Positions 1 through 10,800 of a stretch of DNA of 64,000 nt are shown one piece after another (the stretch's first letter is position 1; the number at the start of each line of letters is the position of its first letter). The stretch is from Lama guanicoe. Taxonomy: Eukaryota. The stretch spans positions 3,940,011-4,004,010 of the forward strand of contig MU055415.1 of the NCBI GenBank assembly GCA_013239625.1, written 5' to 3'. A program made the translations under genes and the position numbers. A model generated the notes under the pieces. The model made no database searches, was not told the origin of the DNA, and worked only from the letters and a program-made list of their open reading frames with translations.

Positions 1-199
1 TGCTGGTTTGATGCTCTTCTGCTTTGCTCCTTGCCTATATCCACTCAGTCTACATTCCTTTGGTAATTAGTGCCATATCAAACTACATCCTCAGTTGTAG
101 CAAAATTTAATTGTAAGCATGTGGGCCAAATGCAGCATGTGGATTCAGAATTAGTTTGTAAATTTAGGATCCATTTGAGTTTCTCTTTTTATGAGAAAT

Positions 200-535
200 A
201 TGTAAAATGAAAAGAGGCTCTGAGAAGACTCTCAAAAAAAAACTATTCAGAAAGCTTAAGAAAATACTCATTTGGCTCAGGAAAGAGACATTTGTGAAAC
301 TGAAAGTCTTTAAATTTATGAAAGATTTTTACAAGGGTTTGGAAATTGATTTGTTTTCTGTTCTAATGGAATAAAAAAGTGGAAAGGACTTAAGAAGGTA
401 GACTTCCTAACAATGAGGATGGTTAAATATAATCATAAAAAGAGTTTTAAAAAAAATTCTCTGTTTCATAATACTAAGCACGTGTTCTGTCTAAACTACC
501 ATTTTTTTGGCCTACCCTGCAGATTAGAGGATGAA
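200..535 (+). mobile_element. Degraded CR1/L3 LINE 3' fragment
   Basis: Resembles the CR1/L3 3' region (…gtctttaaatttatgaaag…gatttgttttctg…agacttcctaacaatgagg); highly diverged, recognised by eye. Confidence 0.45.
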
Positions 536-544
536 TAAAAAATA

Positions 545-710
545 AAACATTTTTATGGCACCCATATTGTGTGCCAGGTATTGATCTATACAGTTTACAT
601 GCATTATCTCATTTGATTCTTATTTTCAGTACAGTGGCATACTTCCCATTATTACCCCATTTTAAAGAATTGACATTACTTGTCCAAGATCTCAAATATG
701 GTGGTGGCAG
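545..710 (-). mobile_element. MIR SINE fragment
   Basis: tgtgtgccaggtattg…attatctcatttgattct…attattaccccattttaaag matches the antisense MIR core. Confidence 0.7.
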
Positions 711-1049
711 TCTGTGTCACTTCTAACTTTAGATAATGAATAGATAATTAATTATTATATAAGAGTGGCTTTTAAATAGCATTTTAATTAGGTGACCTCC
801 TGGAATCTCTTGCATGATACATTTCACAATAAATCTTATAAACAGTAAAACCTCATGTGTAGACCAGATTTTGGGGGGAGGGGGTGGAGGGGAATAGGGG
901 AATGGGAGTGTTAATTTAGAGGCAAGCCAGTTTGACTTGTTTGAGTTTGTATAAAATGATGGCTTGAGCAGTGATATCTTGAGCTGACTATGGCAGACTA
1001 CGAATTAAATGTGTTTTAAATTAAAAACATGCTAGAGAAAGGAATAAAT

Positions 1050-3010
1050 ATTATAATGAAAGAATAGAACATCATGGTGTAAGACTGGGTGGATTTAAAA
1101 AAGAAATATATAGAATGCCTTGAAATTAATATATATATATATGATTTATTAAAAATAAACATTCAGTAGATAAGTAAAACAATAGATTAAAACTTAAGAT
1201 TAAAATAATGAGGTCTGAGAATATAACCCTGAAAGCAGCATAAAGAAGGAAGGAGGAAAATAATAGGAGCGATATGAAGCAATCAGATGGGTTAAATGAA
1301 CAGGTCCAGGAAAACTATAGCAAGATTTTAGGAGAGAATAGAGAAAATGAAAGAGAAGAAATATTAGAAGAAATAATGACATATTTGTCCATAATTAATC
1401 AGAGTCAAGAACCATAATGAGTGCCAAGCAGAAATTTAGAAAAATAATACTGTATTGAAATTGCAACTCAAAACGACAAAGAAAAAAAGTATTCAAACAA
1501 AATCACATAAAGAGACATATTCTTAAAATAGAACAATTTGATTGACAGTGGACATCTTATCATAAAAATAGATGCCAGGAGAAGGTATGAGATAATATCT
1601 TCAAAGTGCTGTGGGAAAAATCATTGTCAATCTAGAAATCTTCATTTACCTATATGCTATCCTTCAGAGTCTAAGGTGAATGGAGTCAGTTCAGGAAAAA
1701 TATAAAAAGATTGAGCATGTTTAAGCATCACAGATTTTTGCAGAAAGACCTATTAAAATATATACATCAGTAAGAAGGAATATTGGGAGGATTAGGATGC
1801 TAAAAATAATGATGAGAAAATAAACTGATACATGTGGGAGTTACTTTGAGTAACTCTTAATTGTAAAATAACAAATGGAGATACTAATAATGACAGATTT
1901 GGTCAGGAATAGAATGACTACAAGACAGAACTAAAATACTATGAAGTAATAACTTGGAATATTGGGTGTAGTATTAAAATCATCAATTGTATAACTTTAT
2001 AAAAATTAATTTGAAAAGTTAGATCAAATGAAAAGGATGATTAGCCCTTTGAGAATATATGTCTTAGGGGTGTTACAAGTCAGTGAGGTAACGGAAAACA
2101 TTCTTATACAAAGAAAGGAAGGGAAGGAAGGAAGGAAGGAAAGAAAGAAAAGAGACAACTGGCCATACATATAGAAAGAAAGATTCCTATCTCACACCAT
2201 TAAAAATTGAAGATTTGTCTGTGAAAGGAAAAAATGTAAATTGTTTAGAAGAAAATATAAGGTGATATATTTCTGAACTTGAAATAGGGAAATTTTTCTT
2301 AAGACACAAAAATGTACACACATAAAGGAAAACGTTGATAAATGAGAACTGTGTCTGGTAAAACATAAATGAAGTTAATAAACAAGTCAGAGACTGGGGG
2401 CAGATTTTTTCAGCACATGTACTAAACAAAGAATTAGTGTCCAGAATACATAAAATACTTCTACAAATAGTAAGAAAGATAGAACCTAATTTAAAAATGA
2501 GCAAAAGCTATGAATGAAAGTTCAGACAATAAATATAAGAAGAGATGCTAATGCTCACCAGTAGTCAAGAAAATGCACATCAGAACTATAAGGAACTAAC
2601 ATGAATAATGTTTGGAAAGCTTTAATAAGTCTGATTATAACATGTCATCTAGAATATAGAACTCATACAAAGTATTAATAATGTAAGTTAGGAAGAAATT
2701 TAATACAGTTCAGAATGGACACATCCTATGATCTAGCAATTACATTTTGAAGTTACCTACTTTAGGTAAATTTGTATGTAAAGACAGAAGCACAAGAATG
2801 ATATTTGAATATTATTTTGAGATGGAATTTGAGGTGGAATGAAGCTGGGGTGGGAGATTTTGATTATATTATGAAGAATTTATTTTTTAAAAATTAATCT
2901 GAATCAAATATATCAAAATGTTCACATTTATCAAATCTAAATGGTATGTATATGGGTGTTATATTACTTTCTTCTATCTCTGGGGGCCTAAATATATCAT
3001 GATTAAACAC
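1050..3010 (+). mobile_element. Ancient L1 (L1M/L1ME-type) fragments: ORF1 end, ORF2 3' part and 3'UTR
   Basis: A-rich + strand; gatgccaggaga…aatatcttcaaagtgctg…tgtcaatctagaa (ORF1-end like); cctatctcacacca…tagaagaaaatataagg…tttcttaagacacaaaaa…tccagaatacataaa (ORF2 3' like); no intact ORF. Confidence 0.7.
2113..2152 (+). repeat. (GGAA)n/(GAAA)n purine microsatellite
   Basis: aaaggaagggaaggaaggaaggaaggaaagaaagaaaaga read directly. Confidence 0.85.
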
Positions 3011-3399
3011 TTAAGAGAAAGGATGTGTGTGATATTCAAAAGCACTAAAGAATTGATTTTGAGAGCAGAAAAAAAAAAGAAGTAGGCTTACCCATTATAA
3101 TTAGAGTCAATGGGCTTATTATTTGTAGTGACTCAAACATTTTTTGACACTTATCCATAACTAGTTGACTTTTTGGGGCAGAAATATAACTATCTACAAC
3201 TGGGTTGTTGGTTTTTATCTATACGTTCAACTACGGTGACTATTTCTTCTATTGTCCATATAGATAAAACGCAGAGAGAGTTAGCTCTGCCTTTTGCCTT
3301 TTCATGTACATTGACCCTAATTATCGCACTTTTCCAGTTGACATTTATTATCAGGCTCATATAGAAACCACAGAGCAGGAATTTCCTTCCTGAGCTCCT

Positions 3400-3560
3400 G
3401 CATTATTTTTCACACATGCCATTCTGCACTGAAACTTACTGCTTTATACATCCATGTCCCCAACGATATATAACTCCTTGAGAGGAGGTATGGTATCTCA
3501 TTCATTTTAGGGTCCCCAGTGCTTGACAGTAATAATGATAATCAACACATTTTGTAGAAA
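3400..3560 (+). mobile_element. L2 3' end fragment
   Basis: taactccttgagaggagg…tatctcattcatttt…ccccagtgcttgaca resembles the L2 terminus. Confidence 0.5.
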
Positions 3561-5944
3561 AGTATGGCTCACCTTTTTAATCATATAAGTAATAGCAGAA
3601 ATATTTTCTCATTTTAGAAGACTCAAATATTACACAACTATATAGAGCAAAGTATAGCTGATTTCACTACTCTCTACAGAGATAACTAACATAAACATTT
3701 TGGCATACCGTGAATTGAAGTTAATGTTATATTAATGTTCTTTTAGTCATAAATTCTATGAAGCGTATACGCGACACCTGCTGTTTGACAATGGACTAAT
3801 ATCAGATATTAAGGGCTATCCTGTATGTGTATCAGATATACAGACAAATCAGACAAATACTTAAATCTTTATTGGTTTTATACAGTAACTTTTTGTTTCA
3901 AACATGTATTTTCTTTGATATATATTATATGCCTAACCTAGGTAACTTTTCAAGCTACCAGATATTAGTTTCTAGGGCTTCAAGTTTACTCTGTTTTTAT
4001 AATCATCTATGATATATTTATATGATTTTTTAAAAAAAGAAAATCATTTGTGTGCTAAGCAGGAACTGTAGTTGTATAATTCTTAATGGTTTGATCTAAA
4101 TATTGCATTTACCTTGAGAATTCAGAGGAGGCTCACACAGTGTGTGTGTTGAGGCATGAACCAAAAGCTGCTTAAAAGGATTAATGTTGCATCTCAACCT
4201 CAGCTGCACTGGTAGGCTTCTGTCATATGAGAGGTATTAAAAAATGAAATTATAAAGGAAAAGGTCTGTACAGGTACTGATGATATACAGATGGAAAATG
4301 TCTGAAAAACTTGTTTTCCACACATGGCAAAGCTGCAAAAGTTATTTATCTCAATCAGCAGAGCAATGGTTAGAGACTGCAAGGATTTACTGTAGGCAGC
4401 TGCTACCTTCCATGTAGCAGGCGCACCTGCCCAGAGGGAGCCCAGTGAAGAGGGTTGTGTAATTGTGGCATTGTCTCAGTTCCATTGACATGACACTCAT
4501 CTTTAAAAAACTTTTACAACTGAAAATTTGTGGATACACTTAGATTGACTCTTCTAGACTTTCCAAGTTTGTGGATTCTCTTACTTTGCTCAAAAAATAT
4601 TTTTTGAATACCTACATTTTGCTAAGCATTTGCATAACATGAGCACGGGTCCTGACTACAAATGACCTACTCCAAGTTGCCCTATCTCCAAATGCATATT
4701 TAAGGAAAAAAATAGTTATTATTATTATTCTTAAATTTAAATCTTAGCTGAGGCCCCGTGTTTTTCTTAAGAATGCCACCCTGTAAAAATTTATAAAGCC
4801 TTTGGTGTGTGAAGAAGTTCATTAAAGTTTCAATATAAAAGCAAAACCAACCCAGAAAATGATCAAGCACTAAAGGTCTCTCCAGGCCCCAGTTTTAGTG
4901 ACTTAGGAAATCTCAACTTAGGAAAAGTGCAAAAATTATTTTATGCTCTGGCAGTCCCATCAGAGTAAATTAACATCCTTTGATTTCCCTTATGATATCA
5001 GTGATTTGAAAGCTTGACATTTTTTCTCACCTCTTTATTGTCAGATTCCATCTTAAAATATTAAAATCAGAAATTTCTACTTATTAAGAACGATTGCTCC
5101 CCCTCCCCTTTTTATCTACTTTGTTCTATTTACTAAATAGTCTTTCATCTATAACATGGATTAGACAAACTCATATGCAGGAATAATGAGTACCTTTAAC
5201 ATCATAGCAATATTAGGGTAAGCTGTGGTCCTGCTGAGTAGCTCTTTGAAAGCTAAGCAGGAGTTATCATTTATTTATTTGTTGGATTTCTGTGGTCCCT
5301 TTTTTTCCCCAAAGAGTACAAGGTGTGATGTGGAGAATTTTGTACAGGGGTTGTCTGAGAGTGTCAAAAGGAGATTAAAGGGAAGTAGAGTTCGTAGGAA
5401 GTGAGAACACAGAGCCAAAGTAACAGCTAATGGCAAAACCAAACCCTAAGTGGCAGTTAGGCACATTGAAGAAGTTTGAAGAATCTGGGCTGCCCCAAGG
5501 GTGCCACTGTTGGCTTTTCAAAACACTGAGTCATCTTACCAGAGCCTGTGCCCCTGGTGAGCACTAGACATTTCTGTTTAATAACCACATCAAGACCTGT
5601 AGACTTGGAATGAGAATCATAGACTTATAGGGCAGGAAGGGCCTTAAAAATTGCCTGCCCAAGTCTCTTAATTTACAGGTGAAGCAAATCAAGCCCAGAG
5701 AAAACCAGGAAAGAATTTAGAAACAAAGCCAGGGTTGGAACCCAGATTATTCATTCAACAAACATACACTGAATGTATTGTGCTAAACACTGTTCTAGGC
5801 ACCATAGTTTCTTTAGTGAGTAACACGGACATGGGTCCTTGTCAGCCAAGAGGGGCTGGAGAGGGATTCGAGAAGGTGAGCTGCCCCAACTGGAAGAAGG
5901 CTCAAGGAGCCAACATGGAGCAAAACAGCACTTTACTGCAGAAC

Positions 5945-6108
5945 AAGCGGGTGGCGCGGGTGGCGGGCAGCGGCGCTCAGGTGTACGCGCTTGTCCTTTT
6001 ATAATGCTAGTGGCGCATGCGTAATATTCATAATGCTGACTCACAGTACTGGCGCATGCGTGTTGTTCATAATGCGTATTCATGCTACTAGCGCATGTGT
6101 ACATTCAC
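5945..6108. promoter_or_regulatory. CpG-rich patch with a 39-bp degenerate tandem repeat carrying NRF1-like GCGCATGCG motifs and an AP-1/ARE motif
   Basis: GCGCATGCG at 6013 and 6052 and GCGCATGTG at 6091 (exact 39-bp spacing); shared ttcataatgc; TGCTGACTCAC at 6034-6044. Confidence 0.6.
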
Positions 6109-7204
6109 CTCTTACCAGGTGCAAGCTATTGTGAACTTTGGCCTTGGCCCCAGGGCCTACCCACTTAAGGCTGCTGACAGTCCTGATCCCACACTGCCTT
6201 ATGCTACTTCCAACTGCTTATGAGGGTATCCAGTATACTTTATAAAACAGCATTCTGTTGATTGAAGACCCAACCCCCTTTGGGGGTAAAGCTCAAGTGT
6301 CTTATAGTGAGAGAAGGGAGTTCTTTTCCAATTATCTTTAAGTAGGTTAACGTGCTTTGGTCAATCGGCATTCCTAGGGCACTTCTATCAGATCAGCTGG
6401 AAACCATTTGCTAGATTGAGTCTCATTTGTTTATTAGTGGAAGGAAGGTTTTCTTTGCTGAGATGAGCGATTTATTTTTTGTCCTCTCGTAGGATGGGCA
6501 AAACCTTAGACATTATCTCTTATCAGAGGAAACACTTGTCTCTTAAAATTGACTACCTTTAAAATGCCTTACATAATAGTCTAAGCTCTAGTAACAATTG
6601 AAGTTGGAAGCACATAGTGGTAGAATCAAACATGAAAATTCTTCAAAAGAGCACAGTCTAAGGGTTGCCATAACTCTACCTTCTCAAAGTGATATTACAG
6701 TCCTCCATTTAACATTGGATATCACTGCAGGAAAACTCTGTTTTGGTTTTTTTTTTTAAGGGAGTAAATTGTTCTATTTAGTTTAAAGGTAGATTTAAGC
6801 CCCTCTCCATTCCCCAGTTTCCAGGCAGTAAATCTGTGCTTGTGAAAGAAGCCCACGTTGCTTTACAGGTGGAACCAATGAGTGTAGAAACTAAAGCCCT
6901 TCACTCTGGCTTTGGGAAATACACTTCATCCTCTTCGGTTTGCCCTCTGTCTGGGGCTAGCCTCCAAAGAAATAAGGTGTTATCTTGCGAGCTGCGGATA
7001 AGGTGGCTGATGAGCAGATAGGACTTTCCTTGGAACACACGGAGTTGAGGAGGGGGCAAAGGATGGACACTTTTGTCTCCAGCCACCCTAACAGCCTGAT
7101 ATTCTCGGAGGATCAGAGCAGGATTCAGGCTCGGGGCACACCTGTTTGTAGCCATGGGGCCAAGTCCGTGGTGGCCCACCCACTTCCCCGTGCCCAGCAG
7201 CTCC

Positions 7205-7310
7205 TGTATTGGCTGATTTACCTGTGAGGCTGTGTGTTAATGCCTTTACGCGGCTGTTGCCTCCAGCACGTACTATAAAGGCAGAGGGAAGCCAAGCGAG
7301 GAGGGCAACT
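7205..7310 (+). promoter_or_regulatory. DLG2: Core promoter: reverse CCAAT box (ATTGG 7208-7212), TATAAAG 7274-7280, predicted TSS ~7303-7310
   Basis: Canonical CCAAT/TATA spacing at the 5' edge of a CpG-enriched region (~7230-7800) that leads to an ATG exon with a strong donor; TSS position is inferred from TATA distance. Confidence 0.7.
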
Positions 7311-7340
7311 GCCAGAGCCGGAGCTGTGAGCCAGCCGGAG

Positions 7341-7668
7341 GTGAGCCGCCTCCCGGACGGGTTGACTGCGGCTTCTTTTCCTCCCGACACACATGGAGTT
7401 TGGTGGTGACGGCGCCTTAAAACTGCAGACGGATACTTCGCCGCCTGGATGTGTGTGAGCTGGCTAGGAAGGCAGCTCCCGCCCGCCTCACCCGGACCTC
7501 CTGCTGGCAGGATGTAAATATACCTGCGGACTGGCCAAACAGGACTGCCTTTCCCCCCCCAGCCCTCTCCCTCCTCCCGCCCTCTCCCTCCGCTAACCGG
7601 CATGAGAGGAACTGAGAAAGCAACAGCCTGCAAGTGACAGCTCCAGCCTGATTCCGTTTGTCTCTCAG
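7341..7668 (+). other. Candidate 5'UTR intron containing three uORFs (7393-7458, 7449-7517, 7602-7637)
   Basis: GAG|GTGAGC donor at 7340/7341; cctgat branch-like motif plus ccgtttgtctctcAG acceptor ending at 7668; uORFs translated by hand. Confidence 0.45.
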
Positions 7669-7728
7669 CCGAGGTGGGAAGTTGACTGTGCAGCAGCTTC
7701 ACTGCGAATTCCTGCCATTGGCATCGCT

Positions 7729-7806
7729 ATGTTTGCCTCGATCTGGTACGCCAAGAAGCTGGGTCGCAGGTTCGTGCACAACGCCAGGAAGGCGAAATCA
7801 GAAAAG
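7729..7806 (+). CDS. DLG2: Alternative first coding exon of DLG2 (PSD-93/chapsyn-110), MFASIWYAKKLGRRFVHNARKAKSEK; phase-0 donor, CDS continues outside the window
   Basis: ATG at 7729, 26 codons with GC-rich third positions, AAG|GTATGG donor at 7806/7807. The peptide is recalled as a DLG2 isoform N-terminus. No downstream DLG2 exon (e.g. ASPAPIIVNTD) was seen in the remaining 56 kb, consistent with the huge DLG2 introns. Confidence 0.8.
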
Positions 7807-10800
7807 GTATGGAATGAGTGGGGATGAAGATTACCTTTTCCATTTGCCAGCTGCCTGCTCTGGACCGCTGGTCTGAGTGCAGACGCAGGCTTTTTTAGCT
7901 TGGGGTGAGAACCTGCCTCTCACTGGGAATTTAGTCCATGTCACTTACAGGAGGGGAACTGGTGGAGCCCAGCTACTTGGGGGAGAGGCATGGAGGTGGG
8001 GGTTTGAGGGGGTCAAGCAGAATCACTAGCTTTGCAAAATATTTGGTGAAACCATCAATTGATAGTGTCTCAACAGAGGCTTACTATTCCTTTAAATGGC
8101 ATGGGGTGAACACAATTAAGCAGCTGAAACCGTTTCTTCAGGGAGCTCTCTAGTAAACTTGTTGCTACACTGGATAATTATTATTACAATCTTTGGTTCT
8201 GAAGAGGGCATTATAAATCCCTGAGCCCTTCCCCAGGACTTGTGTCCTAATGTGTGTCCTAGGAGCACATATCTGGGACTCTGAGTAACACTGACCAGAC
8301 GCCACAGGGGTGCTTGATATCTTTTCAAATCAACAAAGCAATCATTTCAAAAGTGTTTGCATTGAGCAAGAGTTCTATTTATAATCGTATAGTCATGGCC
8401 ATTTAGACAATGGCTTTGTATTTCTTTTATTCAGCATGACTGGTTGTTTCCAGAGAACCTCTGTGTAGATTTACCTCATTAGTTATCTTTCTCTAAGAAA
8501 TTAAAATGGCCTGGAAGTCCTGAGATGGATTACAAGCTTGCGTCTCTAATTTGTCCTATGCTTTCAGAGGCACTGGCCAAACTGTCATATTTAGGAAATC
8601 GGTATCCTATTTGTTAGGTTTTGGGGGAACTTGCAAAGATAACATTTTGTGAAACAGATTTTCCATATTACTTTGAGGTTGTGATCTTTGGCCCAGTATC
8701 CTTTCTGCCTTAAACCTACTCATGAGATTGACTCAGAGGTGGCTTTCCTGGCCTGTCACACCGTCCTTTCTCTCACCTGCAAAGGTTCCTTCACTTTAAC
8801 TTGCTATTTGTTCTTTCAGAGTGGAAATGTTGATAAAATGAACAAGAATCCAGTGATAAACCAAGATATGATTGTAGTGTGAAAAGAAGAAAAACATCAT
8901 AGGAGTTCTGACTTGAGGGTTGTAGTCTTTTAGAATATCCAGATCTGGGAGTTTCAGAATGTTGACAGACTGGCTATTTCATGGCACTTTTGGTTGAGGG
9001 AGTGGTAGGGGGAGGCAAGGGGGGGTGCGGATAGAATTAATTCCTTTCCTTTTCCATATATCACAGGTAAAAAGATTACAAACCGAATTATCATATACCA
9101 GCACCAGATACATTGAACAGTTGGGTTTTGAGGGTTTTACTTTGTTTTGTTATGTTCTGCTTTATGCAATGAGACTTGAAAGTAGGTCTTCAATTGGAGC
9201 AAATGTTTTGAAAAAGTGGTTTCTTCCTATTAAATCTATAGGTTGTATGGATGAGAGGACTGTCAGGACCACAAATGGCTCTGAAAACCACTGGGAGATA
9301 ATGTTTTTTTGCTAAATTAGTATGCAGAGAAAAGTTGAATCTCCCAGGGACACTTAATTCAAACTTGGGCCTGAATGTGGAGAACACTAGCTCCATGAAA
9401 TTCAATGTATGGGACCTAAAAGGATGTTAATTTAAGGAACTAACATGGACTTCTGCTTCTTGAGTGTGGGAAGACACTAATAAGGCGCCTTTGGTATCTG
9501 TTTCATTTCTGTGATGGCTATTGCTTAGAACTAGCCAGAAGAAACCAAATGTGGGGTTAAGGGTTTTTAACTCTGTCTTACTCAGAGAGTAAGGAAATCA
9601 ACATTAGAGAACTGAAGTTTTTCTCTCTGAGTGATTAAAAACCAAAGGAAAAATTATTAACTCAGATGCCCTTGTGTTAGCCAGGGGAACTAGGAGGAGT
9701 TAATTTTGAGCACTAAGTCATGATAACTAACATGAAAATAGCATCTCAGGTTTTTTTTCATGGAATTTGTATTCCTAGGGTTCCTGGAATAAATTAAAAG
9801 GTGTGCTGCCTTGAACAATGGACAACAAGGCCTTCAGTCGGTGCTTGGTGAATGGAAATAGTTTATTTATTCTGTGTACCTCATTTTACCATATGGCTTA
9901 TTTAAAACCAACTATGTGAATTAATATTTTGTCTAATGAGTTCAGTAATAGACTTCAGCTGAGAAAGCAGTTAGCAAATGATACTGCAAGCTGGATAAAT
10001 TCATACAAGGTAGTACTGTAACATCAGAGATCATATAATTGCAAATAGGGGGATATAAGGTGCTGCTGACTTTAGGTTGTCATGCTTTCTTATAAAGGGG
10101 AGGATAATGCATAAAGAAAGAAAACTGTTGAATTTTATTGAGCAAATGACCAGTATACTTAAATGTGAAAGATGTATGGATAGATTCAGAGCAGGCTTTA
10201 GCATTTGGGGTATAAATCTGTATCAGAGGCAGTGACTGTGATTTTGTTTAAGTACCTTCTATAAATTTGGGCTTCTCTTTGCAATAAGTAACATAGTTTA
10301 TTTTCTCCTACTCTAATAAAACAACCTGCACCCATCAGAGCCTACCAGCCCTATTTTAGCATTCAGGCATGGTTGGAGAAGTATATTCCTCCAGGCTGGG
10401 GTTAATTGAAAAGCTAATTGGGAATGTGCAAGTCTAAATGCCATCCCTAAACATGCAGTATGCCCTATTCATGGCTGCCTGGTCTACTGTTTTACCTCAT
10501 CTCATGCCCACAGAATTAAATAGCAGCATGGAATGTAATAAAAATAATAATAGTAATAATAGTGATAAGAATCACAACAGTAGTAATATTAATGATAGTG
10601 TCTGTTTGCACACATTGAGCATAGACTGCTTTGTGCAGTTTCACTTAATCCTAAAAGGTAGAAATTGTTTTTCTTGAGACCTAGAGAAAGGAGTAGCTAG
10701 CCCAAGGTCACAGAGTTACTAGTGTCGGTGCTAGAATCTGAAACTGACTTTATCCATGCTATTCCAAAACTGAGTCTGTAGCACTCTCTTCCATCCATCT

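Noticed and set aside
4425-4445. CTCF-like tgcccagagggagc
   Set aside because: The 5' CCA of the core is mismatched and there is no properly spaced upstream module
5735-6104. Overlapping ORFs of 61-117 aa
   Set aside because: By-product of an L2 fragment plus the CpG-rich repeat; no splice or codon support
7088-7702. 204-aa antisense ORF over the promoter
   Set aside because: Starts at GTG, lies in GC-rich sequence where stops are rare, and has no recognisable domain
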